Below, piece by piece: positions 13,780 to 26,589 of a DNA stretch of 64,000 nt; the stretch's first letter is position 1; every line of letters starts with the position of its first letter. The position numbers and the translations under genes were made by a program. Origin of the DNA: Lama glama (lineage: Eukaryota). The stretch is from positions 1,674,001 to 1,738,000 of the forward strand of contig CM052816.1 in assembly GCA_028534125.1 (NCBI GenBank), given 5' to 3'. Below the pieces are notes generated by a model. The model was not told the origin of the DNA and did no database searches. It was given only the letters and a program-made list of their open reading frames with translations.

Positions 13780-14522
13780 TCTGATATAATAAAAAATATA
13801 TCTGGGCTTCGTCCTCAGTTCTTGGAACAAAGCTTCAAAAAACTTTGAATTACCTGAGTGACAGGAGTGTCTTTGTTATCCTAATAAGATGACTCTTGGT
13901 GGGCTCTTGATGGCTTCAGGATGGGAGCTGGCCACCAGAAAGACAAACTACATGATTAGAGGGTTGGAACTCTGGGCCAGCCCAACCTCAGTGAGGGAAG
14001 GGGGCTGGAGGCTGAGTTCAATCACATGACCAGTGGCTGACTCAATCCTGCCTGCATAATAAAACTTCAGTAAAATCTCTGGACACCAAGACTCAGAGGA
14101 GCTTCTTGACTGGCAAGCACACTACTGTGATGGAAGGGTGATGTGCCTGGATTCCACAGGAGAGAAAACAGAAGCCCTTTGTCTCTCCCCCTCCTCAGAT
14201 CTTTCCTTATGCATCTTTTGGCTGTTCCTGAGTTGTATCCTTAATAATAAAACTGTAATTTTAAGTACAGCATTTTCAGTGTATTCTGTGAGTTGTTTTA
14301 GCTAATTATTAAACTCGAAGGGGTCATGGGATCCCCTAAATTTATAGCCAGTCAGAAGTGTGAGTGGTCTCTGAAACCTGTGGCTGGTGTCTAAGGTGGG
14401 GGCAACCTGTGAAGGACTTTGCCCTTAACTTTCAGGGTCTGCATTAACTCCAGGTAGTGAGGGGTCATAGTGAAATAAATTGTAGGACACCCAGTTGGTA
14501 CCAGAGAATTGCTGTCTGAACA
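13780..14522 (+). mobile_element. MER21-like ERV solo LTR
   Basis: Starts t(c)tgatataataaaaaatatatctggg, contains catgattagagggttggaact, ends ..tctgaaCA; 5-bp TSD ATGTG at 13775-13779 and 14523-14527. Confidence 0.85.
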
Positions 14523-14859
14523 ATGTGGAGAATGAGACCATTTAATGCTGATGATTTTGCCCATGGAGAGTATATAGAAAAGGCCACTCAGGACAGAACC
14601 TTAAGAAATACGGGCATTTAATGCAGTGTTCCCCAAAACGTCATTTCAATACCATGGGAGCTAAATTGAGTTTGGGTTATAGAGAAACAAACTTCTGTTT
14701 ATTTAATAGCTATGCATTTATTATAAATGTGTTGTGGTGTACTTTTTATTTACACAAAATGATACTGGTTTTTCCACTAATAACAGTGATATAAAGTTTC
14801 CTTGTAAGAAAATTAATTTGAACTTAAAAATTAAAATATTGGCAAAAACTGTATTAAAT

Positions 14860-15420
14860 TCATTCATTCAATGAACTCACTGAATGAATGGAGTCCCCAA
14901 TATGTGCCAGGTCTAGGAAGACAAAAAAAGGAAAAAAAATCCCTGCCCTCATGTGGCTTATATTCCAGTGGGACAGAGAGAGGGAATAAACATAAATAAG
15001 TGAAAAATATTTAGTACAGCAGATAGCAAAAAGTACCAAGGAGATAAAAAGGCAGAAATGTGGGTAAGATTGGGGAAGGAGAGTAGAAATTTTAGATTTC
15101 AAGGCCAAGGAAGTTTTCATCAAGAAGATGACAACTGAGTAACATCTTGAAAGAAGAAAAGAAGCTTATGAATATTGGGGAGAAAACCATTCCAGCAAGG
15201 AGCAGCACTAAGTGCAAGGGGCCCTGGAGCAGGAAGGAGGGAGCGAGGAGGCCAGCGGGGCTGGAGGCAAGAAAATGAACAAGAGGATGGGTGATGGGTG
15301 AGAAGAGCCTCTGCACCTTCCATGCAGAGGAAGATACCAGGGGAGGGGGAGAGGCTGAAAGTAAACAAGAGAGGTGAACATTACTGGCAGTCAATTGATC
15401 CAAGATGAGGAGAGGAGGCA
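14860..15420 (-). mobile_element. L2 LINE 3' fragment
   Basis: ttcattcattcaatgaa..tatgtgccagg, ccctgccctcatgtggcttatattccagtggg, cactaagtgcaaggggccctggagcagg. Confidence 0.75.
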
Positions 15421-16219
15421 GGTACTCAGGACACAAGTGGGGAAGGGTGCCTTAGACAAGACGGGTGTGGCTTCCATTGGAACAGGTGGGAAAAACAACC
15501 TGAGCCTTCCAAGGGAGAAGATCTTCAAGTTTCCAAACTGATTCTTTCTCCACTGAAAAAATAAAGCAACCCACAGGCCTCCCACCTCCACTGACCTCAT
15601 CACAGCTAATTCCATTCTCTCTCTAGTCTCTTTTACTTGTTTGAGGCCAAGTGCCCTTCAACCTAATCCGTCTAATTAGCAAAATAACTCTACTCATTTG
15701 CATTACTTAAGCAGCATGTACCTGAAAGTCCTGAAGATGATATGCAAATCACAAGGACAGTCTGGAGATCCCAGAACTGAGGCTGTAGAACTATAAACAA
15801 ATTAAATCTCATCTGGCTTGTGGTGCTACTGCTAAAATCCTGCTTCCCAAAGTAAAACAACAACAACAACAAAACCCAAAATCTACACAGAATGCTGTCA
15901 CCGAGGGAGTTCAAGGATCTCCCTCTATCTATAGCCTGCCTCTTCCCTCACCATCAAATTCAAATTCTTTTAGCCCAGAGGAGCTACTATGTCCTCCAAG
16001 GCCACATAAATTATTGACAAGTAACGTTCAAGAACTCCCACTTACCCTCTAGACTTTTTAAAACTTCTTCACCAAAGTTTCATTAACACAGTAGAGTGTG
16101 AACTTGCACTGGGAAGAGGACTGGCACCCCAGGTCAAAGAGCCTGCATTTCTTCATCTTTTAAATTGTACTTTTACTAGTCATACACATTTTGCATTGCC
16201 CTTTATAATGTATCTGTTA

Positions 16220-16562
16220 TCTGTTGTGATGGTATTTGGAGATGGAGCCTTTGGGAGGTAATCAGAGTCAGATGAAGTCATGAGGGTGGGGCCCTCATGA
16301 TGGGATTAGGGTTCTTATTAAGAAGAGACACCAGAGAGCTCCTGCTCTTTCTCTCTCCTGTACTCTCACACAGAAAAAGTCACATGAGGACAGAGAGAAG
16401 GTGGCTGTGTACAAGTAAATAAGGAAGTCCTCACCTGAACCCAACCATGCCAGTGGCCTGATCTCAGACTTCTAGCCTCCAGAACTGTGAGAAATAAATG
16501 TCTGTTGTTTAAGCCACCCAATTTACGGTATTTCAATATGGCAACCCCAGCAGATTAAGACA
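16220..16562 (+). mobile_element. MLT1A/B-type LTR
   Basis: ggtatttggagatggagcctttgggaggtaat, tcatgagggtggggccctcatgatgggattag, gcctccagaactgtgagaaataaatgtctgttgtttaagccacc. Confidence 0.9.
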
Positions 16563-16649
16563 GTCTTCCAAGGCTTCCCCTCCCTCCTTTTCCCAGGACT
16601 GCACTCTCCACTTTCACCCTCTTCCACAGGGGGAAGTCGTCTTCTTAGT

Positions 16650-17095
16650 ACAACAGGAGCTATCCAGGTCACAGCTGATTGCTTCACATTGGATGAGTGC
16701 CTCCCTCCTTCCACACCCAGGCCATGGCTGATGGGTTCGGGGGCAGGCACCTGGACTAGGTTAGTCCAAACAGAGAATTTTCATAAGCTTTGGTGAATTC
16801 ACAATAAGGAAGTCATTCCCAAGTGACAGAAACAGAAAGTGTAAAATTAGGAAATGCTGGTGGACATTTTTCTACCATGTTGAGAATGAGGCCAACACAC
16901 AGGGCACAGTAGATGTGAGAACTGAACAGAGCCGTGGTATCACTGAGTCTCTGCTTCTAGTTTTCTCAAGGCCCAGCTGTGGCCTGCCCTTCCCATGACT
17001 TGATAGCCATGCTTATATTTCTGGGGCCAACAAATTCCCCCTTTACTTAAGCAACATTGACAGAGATGTAGGACACTTGCTCTGAGAGCAATTAA
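16650..17095 (+). mobile_element. Old MLT1J/L-like LTR
   Basis: ggccatggctgatgggttcgggggcaggcacctggac..ccaacaaattcccctttacttaagc. Confidence 0.5.
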
Positions 17096-17519
17096 ATGTA
17101 ATACTTCTTTAGAAAGCAGAATAAAGATCAGGGGACTAATAAGTACTTGTTGATCATCTATTTGCCACTTATAGGCTTCAGTCTTGCTGAGAGATAACAT
17201 CCTGGGAAAATGGTGACTGCCATGGACTCCAGCTGGGAGATGCAACCGGGGCAACTCACATTTGCAGTACTTGTGAAATTCAAGATCACTGACTAGTGAG
17301 GGGGTGGAAAACATCTTAAGAGGCCTCCACTGGGAAGGGGGAGAAACAGACTTCACCCCAGCGTAGCACACTCAAAATGATGACGGGGAAAAAGGAACAG
17401 AAAATAGTCTGGGCCAAGGATCAGAAGACCTGGTTCTCCATCTTGGATCTACCACTGATAAGTGCAGCTCTTTGGAATAATCACAGAACTTCTTTGGGCT
17501 TATGTTTTCATATCTATAA

Positions 17520-17748
17520 GCAATAAGTTTATACTGTAGAGCACAGGGAACTATATTCAATATCATACAGTAACCCATAATGAAAAAGAACATGAAAAGG
17601 AATATAGGTATGTGTATGTATGACTGAAACACTGTGCTGTACAACAGAAATTACACAACACTGTAAAGTGACTATACTTCAACTAAAAAAAAGGTTAAAT
17701 TAAAAAAAATTGTAATAATTTTAAAATTAAAAACAACAACAAAAATAA
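17520..17748 (+). mobile_element. Short L1 3'-UTR fragment with A-rich tail, inside a MIR
   Basis: tactgtagagcacagggaactatattcaatatc..ctgtaaagtgactatacttcaactaaaaaaa. Confidence 0.85.
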
Positions 17749-20224
17749 ACGTTGTCAGGGCAAAAACTATACAGCAACAAAAAACTATGCCTGCAGACAC
17801 AATATGAACCATAGCATTTGCACAGCATGATGTAGGGGTTAAATTATGACTCTGAGTCATGTAATACCTTGTCATACTAACATACCAGAGCTGCCAATTT
17901 CAGCAGGAGGGCCACCGCATACTACCAGGATTTACACATTAGAGTTGCCTGATTTGCATAAATGTAAAGTCTATGGCTTTGCAGCCTGACAGGTGGAGCA
18001 AGGAGAGCCAGTGTGTATACTATTCAAACTAGTAGAGCGTCCCAAGAATGAGAACCCTGAGTTTCTGTGGCGCCATGACACTTGCTCCCGCTGCAGGGCT
18101 CATGCTGTCCTGCTGCTCTCCTGGTGCACAAGGGTCCCATCTCTGGCTGGGGTTGCTGGACTTCACTCTAGAGCCAATCCCCAGGCTAGGCTGGGTGTCT
18201 TCTGGGAAGAGAGAGCACCCAGGGCTTCAGTCCACATTCACATGGACAGCATCAATCCCCCATGGAAAGGTTAGGGTACTGTGGCCTCCCCCATCCCAAA
18301 GGAACGTGCATGTGCCTATGGGGAGGCGAATCTTAACAGGAATTGGCTTAAACAGGTCAGATAGTTTCATATTGGATAACCTTTTGTTATGTTCAATAAT
18401 TTTATAATGAATAGGAGTCATTTGGAAAGCCCATCTCTACTGGTTTTCCACTTATCATACCAAAGCCATGGAGCAAACGTAGTATTACTCATTAAAGGCC
18501 TTAGACTTCCAACCCTAAGTAGCAAGCCCCCCAAAACTGACAAAGAGAAGAGAGGCTGGAGGATGTGCCTCAGTGGACACTCTGATTCCCAATTTCTTGT
18601 TCTTTTCTTCTTTCTCTCCCTCTATCCTGAGCCCAACTCTATTTTCTAGCTCTCCAAGGTTAGAAGACCCAGAGGAGTGTTGAGAAGATCCAAAGTCATT
18701 AGCCAAAATCTTTCTTGTGCAGAGAAAGTGGTAAACTCATAAAGACACCAAAGGGAGAGAGAAAAAGAAAGAAACAGAAGAGGTAGAAAGTTGGTGGGGG
18801 TGGGGTAGGCATTCTAACATTAAGTCACTCATCTGTATTTAATCCTGTTGGCCCTTTATGCTGTTCGACATTTACTTTCCCTTTCTGTTTGTCTTGCTGA
18901 TTAGGCAGCAAAATTCAGGCATATTTTCATGCACAGAAGGGGAGGATATTCCAGCCACCCTTATGGCTAAGCCCGTTGGACATGCAGACATGTATCTGAA
19001 CCTCGGTTCAGTGGAAACAGACGGGAAATTTTCACCACCTAAGTCCTCAGTGTTAGAGTCTGTCAGCTGTTTTCTATCTTGTTGAGTATCCAGGCATTTT
19101 GTTTTTTGCTTCATCCTGCTTACTGCCTGAATTGACACAATGTCATATTATCAGTTTGGGGAATGAGGGAGCATGGGAGAGGGGGCTGAAGGGAAAGAGC
19201 AGAAATACAGCCCTCCAGCATGTTGGAAGGAACCCTCTGAAAGCTCACTGCTGATTCCTAAGGCAGAGCAACTTGTGTTCTCTCCCCTGTAGTCAGGTGG
19301 CACCCGGGACTCTGGCCTAGGCAGATGGTAAGCAGTATGACCAGTGGTTCCAACATCCCACCCAGAGTTCTAGACTCTTCTGTTCCGTTCATGGTGGAAA
19401 GTCACCTAAAAGATGTAGACATACATTAGATGAAGAAATAAGGAAAAGGGCTTTCCGCTTGGAAGACCAAAGAGTCATCCAGACAACATGGAAAGTGGAA
19501 GGAAGCCCTGTTCATAGTTGTGCGAGGACATCTGTTATAAACAGGCCCCGTCTGGTGTGCTCACCCTTCCTCTGAATCACGGAGAAAGCACTTCCAACCC
19601 GGTTTTGATCATGGGTCTCTTTGACAATGAGATGAAATCTATGAACTTTATCTCTGCACCAACGAACGTTATTTTGCATAGACATTCTAGAGTTCCAGAA
19701 GCCTCCTTCATCCCATCCATTGAACCCAAGCTAGGAAACTTTTATAGAAAAGATAATAATCATGGCCTATAAAAGCACCTATTCCCCAGCCTCTACTAAC
19801 TATCACAGGGATAAGTAAAGAGCCCAAGAATTCTGTGTGCTCCTAAAAGATCCCTGCCCCCGTCCCTCCCCCTAAATACTCTCTGCCCCTAAACTGTCAG
19901 GCCAGCACTAATCTCTATGCCTGGAGAAAGCTGCCCAGGGCTCTAAGCCAACCCTCGTATCCCACAGTGCAGTCCTCACCCAGCTCCCAAGTGGGAGGTC
20001 AGGAAAACAGGCCGAGCCCACCCGCCCTTCTGCAGCACCCTCCCCTGCTTTGTGTTTGCTGTAGCCCTTATTACCATCTCATTACCATTTACTTGTCTGA
20101 CCCCTTTAGGCACAAAGGCACAGATTCCTATCTGTTCAGTGCTTTAGCCTCAGTATGGAAAAATAGTGCCTGGTGCCTAAAAGGCATTCCATAAATGTCT
20201 CCTGAATGAAAACCTGATGAATAG

Positions 20225-20460
20225 AAAGCTAACATTTACTGAGCCCCTACTTGATGCCAGGTATGAAAGCACTTTTACAAACATTATTTCATTTCTTCTT
20301 TTCAACAACCCAAGGAGGGACGTATTTCTATTACTTTCACTATAGACCAGGAAACTGAGACGTAGAAAGGTTATAGAAGGTTGCCAAAGCCACAGACCAG
20401 TAAGAAGTGAAGTCAAAATTCACTCCAGCATCTGTGCTCCTAGGTCCTATGACTTAACAG
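20225..20460 (-). mobile_element. MIR SINE
   Basis: agctaacatttactgagcccctact..gaaactgagacgtagaaaggtta..caaagccacagaccagtaagaagt. Confidence 0.8.
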
Positions 20461-21554
20461 TTGTTACAGGAAATACCCTAAGCCATGGGTTATTCTGTGT
20501 CACAGGTGAGACATCTCAACCTCTATTTTCTGTTTTTGCCTGAGCCATTTTTTGTCATTCTAACAGATGAGGAGATAAACCTGATTTGATCTATCTTACA
20601 CACACACACACACATCATTTCTTCCCATAGCACATATCATAATATGACTTGGAACACTAGATCCTGAATTATTTGATTAGAACAAGTGTCTTCATGAAAC
20701 TACATGACATTAGTCACTTTCCAGCACCCCCACACGAACAATATCCAATAGATGAGAAGTCAGGTTGGAGAAAGCCAGTGGTCCCAATTGAGCATTCATG
20801 GCATGCTTGAAGGGGAAGCAGAGGAGCCCTGCACGCACTCACAATGATGCATTGCACCTGCAAGACTGCAAAGGCGCACTCATTCCTCATTCATGGGGAG
20901 AGTGGAAAGAATGGGTCTGGAGCAGGCAACTGGGAATTGACCAAAAAGCAAGCAAGTTGTCAATGTGAAAGGATAGGACCACTTTACAAAATAGAGCTCT
21001 TACTGCCTCCCACGCGGTAGTTAAGATGCTGCTGCAAAGATAGACGTTGAGTGTCTAAGTCACCGAGCAGGAAAAACCATTTGTGTAAAACCTGCATTGA
21101 CCTCCACATTCCCATAAATGCCAAACCCTCTGTGTATTAAGCAGAGGCATCCCTTACTTATTTGTATGAGTGATATTATAGAAGGTTCAAATGCAGATGA
21201 TCCTCCCTTCCCACCCCCAAAGCCCCAGGGGGCTAGAGAGGTACAGATTAAGGGATGAAAGGTTTCTGATAAAATTAACTCATTTGGTATGCATGGACAT
21301 GCCAGGAATTGGGCTGGAGGACACAGGAATGGGAAAACAAAAAACAGACCTCCCATCGCTTGTCCTTCTAGGGCTAGACTTCAAGTGGAACACTTATGTT
21401 AAGGTGTAATGTAATATTAGGTCATTATCAGCAGAGTATCAGCAAAAGTTGTGGTACCACTGGGCCATTTAGCAGGATCAGAGGCCCAGAGATGGACAGT
21501 TCAGAGCATCTTAGTTACAGCCTTCCGGCTGCAGGGATTTCCAGCAGGATCTCA

Positions 21555-21735
21555 GCAGTTGTGATGTTTACCACTGGACCTAGGATACCGTCAGTGCTGG
21601 TCTAAATGCAGATTCCTGGGCCCCATCCTGTGTCTATGAAGTCAGCATCTCTGAGGGCCCAACCAAGGAACGTGAGTGCATGTTAACAGTCTCCCCTGGA
21701 GAGTCTGATGCTCGCCCTTTGTGTGACCACTAGCC
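21555..21735. mobile_element. MER5A-like hAT MITE
   Basis: taaatgcagattcctgggccccatcc..gaagtcagcatctctg..ttaacagtctcccctggagagtctgatgc. Confidence 0.7.
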
Positions 21736-22267
21736 TACTGATCATGACGCTAGACCCCTAGGCCTACAGTTGGAATCAAGAGATTCAACCTGTTATTTTA
21801 TGTTCTTTTTCACTTTGGTGATTTTTCTCATTGCGCTTGAATCAAACCATCTATTTGGAGCTAGCAGAGAGTTATTAAGAGCTTGGGATTTATAAATCAG
21901 GAAAGCCAGGTCCAAATCTGTCACTGAGTAGTTGCAGTAACCTTGGACAAGTTACTTAGCTCTCTAAGCCTCAGTCCACTCATCTGTTACATGAGGAGGG
22001 ACACCTATCTCTCGGTACAGTCGAAGGAACCGATGTGAAAATGCTCGCAGGGTGATTAAGTACAGTGCGTGGCAGGAGCAGAATAATGTCAGTGGTGGTG
22101 GTGGTGACGGTGACACTGAGGCCCAGAGGTGGAAGGAACAGCTGCTGACAGAGCCATGAGGAATCCTAGGTTTGGAATCTGAGAACTTGGTGAAAGGAGA
22201 TAAGAAAAGGGATGATGGGGAAATATGTGTGAGGGTGTTTGTCGGGGACAAAGGGAGCACCCTAATT

Positions 22268-22484
22268 CCAAGGTTCTGCAAACTATATCCCTTAGGTCAA
22301 ATGCAGCTTGCCATCTGCATATAAAACAAGTTTTACTAGAACACAGCCACACTCTGTGTTTACCTTCTGTCTATGGCTTTCAAACCACAACGGTAGAGAC
22401 GACTACTTGTGACAGACCATATGGCCCACAGGGCCTAAAATATTTACTATCTGGTCCTTTTCAGAAGAAGTTTGCCAATCCCTG
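22268..22484 (+). mobile_element. MER58A-like hAT-Charlie MITE
   Basis: aagttttactagaacacagccac..atatggcccacagggcctaaaatatttactatctggtccttttcagaagaagtttgccaatccctg. Confidence 0.85.
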
Positions 22485-22594
22485 CCCTCGTGGGTTGCAA
22501 GTGGGACTTTCATGGCAGAAGAGGGGGCCAAGAGAAGACACTGAATAATGAGGAGGACAGAAGTGCCAGCTGAACTGACTTGCGCACTGCCCAC

Positions 22595-22895
22595 CAACAC
22601 TCCACACACACACACACACACAGGTATGAGCACATACATGCATAACCCTCACGCTTACTACACATGACACACACAAACCCACGACACAGCCCCTATACCT
22701 GCAAACACTCCCTGCCTCCCCAGAGACTCCTACACATCCCCCATACCCTCACACCCTCAACACAGATCTCATGTCTCGCACACACCACACACTCCACACA
22801 AAACACGCCCCCACCGCCAACCTAGATGTGAGCGCATTCCTCTGACTCCATACATAATCCCCCCCAACACACACAAGACACCACCACCCACCCCC
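22595..22895. repeat. CA-rich low-complexity region
   Basis: Degenerate (CA)n / CACC runs. Confidence 0.8.
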
Positions 22896-23344
22896 TTGCA
22901 GGAGATTGTTCGGTGTTCTCCTTCTAAGGGTTCCTCAGGACACCCATCTCCCAGCCTGGTCAAAGGGAAGAAGCACAAAGCCGGGAGCCAGAACACTTTG
23001 ACTCAATCCTGGCCCCACCATTAAACAGCTCTATGACCTTGGGCAGGTCATTTTATCTTCCTGAGCCTCAGGGTCCTCATCTGTAACATGAGGAGGTTGG
23101 AACTGTGGGCTATTTATTAAGGCAAAGCATACCCTAAGAACAGGCATTCCACGCAAGGGTTAGCTTGTCTTTATGTGTCTCTCAGGGACCAAGGACTTGA
23201 GAGCCAAGGAGGTGAGTAGATACTGAATATCCCTTTGGTTTGTTTCAGAATCAAGATTCAAGTTCATGTTCTGGGAATGGCATTATTAACCTCTACTTAT
23301 GAACAGAATGGTCAATAAAGAAGTGTTGATTAGAGTTATAAAAT

Positions 23345-23700
23345 AAATTATGTCCTCCACACCTCCCACCCCTCCACCAAATTCACATGAAGCCCAAACC
23401 CCAGTGTGATGTCCTGGAAACAGGGCCTTTATGGGAGTAATTAATCTAAAGTGATGGGGTTGATGTCCTTATAAGAAAAGGAGAACTTCTCTCTCCATGC
23501 TTGTGCCCAGGAAAGGCCATGTGAGGACACAGAAAGAAGGTGGCTGTCTGTAAGTCAGGAAGAGAGACCTCACAGAAACCAATCACGGTGGCACCTGGCT
23601 CTTGGAATTACAGCCTCCAAAAATGTGAGAAGATAGATTTCTGTTGTTGAAGCCACCTAGTCTGTGGCATTTTGTTACGGCAGTTAGAGCGGACTAATAA
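23345..23700 (+). mobile_element. MLT1B-type LTR
   Basis: aaggccatgtgaggacacag..aaggtggctgtctgtaagtcagg..ttctgttgttgaagccacctagtctgtggcattttgttacggcag. Confidence 0.85.
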
Positions 23701-24221
23701 AGTTAGATTCCAGGCTTGGTGACTTTGTAAGGGATAACAATGATACAGTCCTTGGCTCAAAGGGCTTTTCCTGTAGATGAGGATTAGGAAGGAGCAGAGG
23801 CAGACACTGAGGAGTGCTGTGGTTTACCCCCAGTCTTGTTCACTTTCATCTCAACTTTCTTTTGCCTATGAGTTGATGAACCTGGTGGTTGTTTTTGTGA
23901 CAAACAGGGGGAAAAAATGGGCCCTGAAGTCAAGAGGTCTGCACTCCAATCTCAGCTCCATAGTATTATACAAATGAAATCTATCTTGGGGTTTGGGGTT
24001 CATTAGATCTGAGGTCAAAAACCTGTTCTACCTTTAGCTATATGACCTTGGACAAATTACCCAACCCTTCTGATGAATAGTTGCTTTTAACTATAAAATG
24101 AGAGTAACATCAGTAACTTACCAGGTCACTGTGAAGATTAAACGCAATGGAGCATATAAAGAACTTAGCTCATGGTAGGTAAGGCTATACAATTTAACAA
24201 ATCCAGTTCATGAGAAGTAGG

Positions 24222-24339
24222 TTGCGTTCCTTATCTTTTGCTATGGAACAAGTTACCCTAAAACTTAGTGGCTTAATACAACATTTTAAAACGTTTTCTA
24301 AACTGTCATAGCTTCCTGCCTCTGATTCTCAGATTTCTT
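24222..24339 (-). mobile_element. MLT1 LTR, left part (host of the 4.07-kb insertion)
   Basis: tttgctatggaacaagttaccctaaaacttagtggcttaatacaac; reads on into 28424 (..ttctcagatttctt|acaaggctacaac..) once the insert is removed. Confidence 0.8.
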
Positions 24340-25010
24340 TTTTTTTTAATTTATCAAGTTTTTTTATTATGGGTATTGGTATAGCAGAATATAAAAATTA
24401 AATGATAAACATTTCTTCAAAGAGTACAATTTAACTTCATCTTAAAAAACGTTTATTTTTTAAAAACTATACATACTCAGGTAGAAAGAGGCTCTTTGAC
24501 TTAAACTTATGACTTCAGAATTAAACTCTAGAAATAAATGCTATGGCCATCTAAAAGTTTATATTGACAAATTGCATACATTTTCAAATTATAATGTAAT
24601 TTTTGTACACAGAATAACTATATATACACTTCACTTACATTGCTGATATATAACAACATATAAACTGTCTTGAGAAGTGAGGCTTAATTAATGTAGATTC
24701 AAACTAAGCAGAAGATCAGTCTCAATTACTACATTTCTTTCTCAACTAATAAGAGATAATCCAAACATTTGCGGAATATATAAAAAGTCCCATGCTTCAA
24801 GGTGTTGTTCTGGGAATTCCAACGTATTTTATATAAGAGATGCTGACCACGAAGGAGCTCACTGCTGTGCTCACCGGTAAAGTTGGAGGAACTCTGGTCC
24901 AAAGGAAGGGACTGCCCTCCATCCACTGGCCTCAGTGCAAATCAGGTGGTGATCTGACTAAGTGACTGAATGCAGCCTGGCAGCTTCAGAGGGGAGGGAA
25001 CAGCACAGCT

Positions 25011-25643
25011 TTAACATGAGGGCCCACTCCTGGGAAAGGGGCCATCAGGATTTGGTGCTTGGTCCCCTGGCTGGTTTGTAAAAGCCTCTTGTGATGTGCT
25101 GATTCTCGTGACCTCCTCCAGGAACTGGAGCACCTTTAGCATCTCTGCCATCTCTTCTCGTATAGACTGCAGGGGTCCCTCTCTCTTCAGTTCTTGGACG
25201 AGAAAACTGATTTCCTTCCTTGAACTCAGGTTGCCCATCATCAACTTTCTGTAGGTGTCAGCGAGGCTGGGTATGTTTACTGGCTCCTTCTCTAGCCTGG
25301 TGTCCTTTAGAGCTGTCTCCATCCTGGCACACTCCTGTTTAGCCACATAAAGCTTGTCGATGAGGTGGCACTTCTCTTCGATCTTTTCAGCCAGTGTTTT
25401 TGCCAGTTGCTTTTCATGTCTTCCATTAAGTTAACTTCTAACAGACTGAATAATAAGTCTACAAGTAAATAACATGCCCACCAAAAAGGTGAGGACAGGC
25501 AGACTCAACACTGTCTCCCAGTGGGGGCTCTGGAACATGAGCTGAGAACACAGGCCATTGGGCAGCCACAAAACCAGGACCACACTCAGCTTCCTAAGGA
25601 TCAGCCCAAGGCCAAGCTCCACGGAGGACAGCAGCCCCTCCAT
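25011..25643 (-). pseudogene. CTAGE5: Intronless cTAGE5/MIA2-like retro(pseudo)gene: 210 codons with one in-frame TAA (25431-25433); TM helix plus partial coiled coil; large internal deletion
   Basis: ORFs 25431..25751 and 25011..25346 share a frame. MEGLL..LGLIL..WETV..QSVRS*L..EKQLA..IEEK..LKD..EKE..ELK..MAE..SQ parallels remembered cTAGE5 MEEPG..LGLLL..WELV..RSVRSRL..EKKLA..IEEK..LKD..EKE..ELK..MAD..SQ. Kozak GCCATGG at 25643. Confidence 0.85.
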
Positions 25644-26139
25644 GGCACTGACCCACCCAGGGCTCCGCCCAGTTACCATGGAGCCACCAGCCACAACAAG
25701 CACCAGGGGACACCCCCAACATTCCACCTGGAACCCAGCCAGCATTGACATCTTGGATTGGTCAGTTATCTGGTCAGTGTTGGCAGGGAGGAGGCATGGC
25801 TGTCAGAGGACAAGGTTGTAACTAAAATGTCATTTTCTCCATTATTGCCTCATGGTAATTTTTTCTTCTTATCTCTTTCTTTTTGTGTTTATATCTGTAT
25901 ACAATAAAACTATAGTGAAATGTGTCAACGTAAAGTTTATGATTTCACAAACCTTTCAAATTCCTAACCCTCGACAGTATTGGAAAAGTCAGTGGATGAA
26001 CCATATGTTTGAATCACATCCACTAACACAGAATATATACCCTTTGTCACATTTCAGTTGAAATACACACACTCTTATGACATGCAGCCATCAGTCTGAT
26101 GGTGGCCAAACTTAATAAAAATGAAAAAAAATCACAATG

Positions 26140-26580
26140 TATACTTTAATGTCTGTCTCTTTTGCTCTAAGTAATGTTTTTAGAGCTACATGTTTTTATT
26201 TGAACATGCCATTCATTCTGTTTGTAGGGCTGAATAATTTGACCCTGTAAGATTATATCACAAAATATTAATCCATTCTCTTAATAATGGGCATTTGGGT
26301 TAGTTCAAGTGTGGGTTATTATGAATAAATACTTTTGTATATATATGCATGCATCTTTTTTCTAAATATCTGTTTTCATTTACCCTGTCAGGCAAATACC
26401 TGGGAGCAGCTCTGTTGGGTAGATGTGTGCTAAATACCTCATTTTGAAACATTTCTTGAGGTATAATTTACATGCCACAAACTCACTCATTTAAATACAG
26501 AATTCTTTGGTTTGTGTGTGTGTAAGTGTGCAGAGCTGTGTCTACCTCACAATCCCAGTTTAGAACAATTCTATCACAGG
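26140..26580 (-). mobile_element. Ancient L1M fragments inside the insertion cargo
   Basis: atccattctc..gggcatttgggttagttcaag..attatgaataa; ttcttgaggtataatttacatgccacaaactcactcattt. Confidence 0.65.
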
Positions 26581-26589
26581 AAAAAAAGA

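Noticed and set aside
16278..16300. Hairpin tcatgaggg..ccctcatga
   Set aside because: A normal part of the MLT1A/B LTR sequence.
24340..25830. Simple processed pseudogene of the canonical MIA2/CTAGE5 mRNA
   Set aside because: I found no TSD at the gene's 5' end; the matching TSD lies 2.6 kb further on at 28410, and the ORF is heavily diverged and internally deleted.
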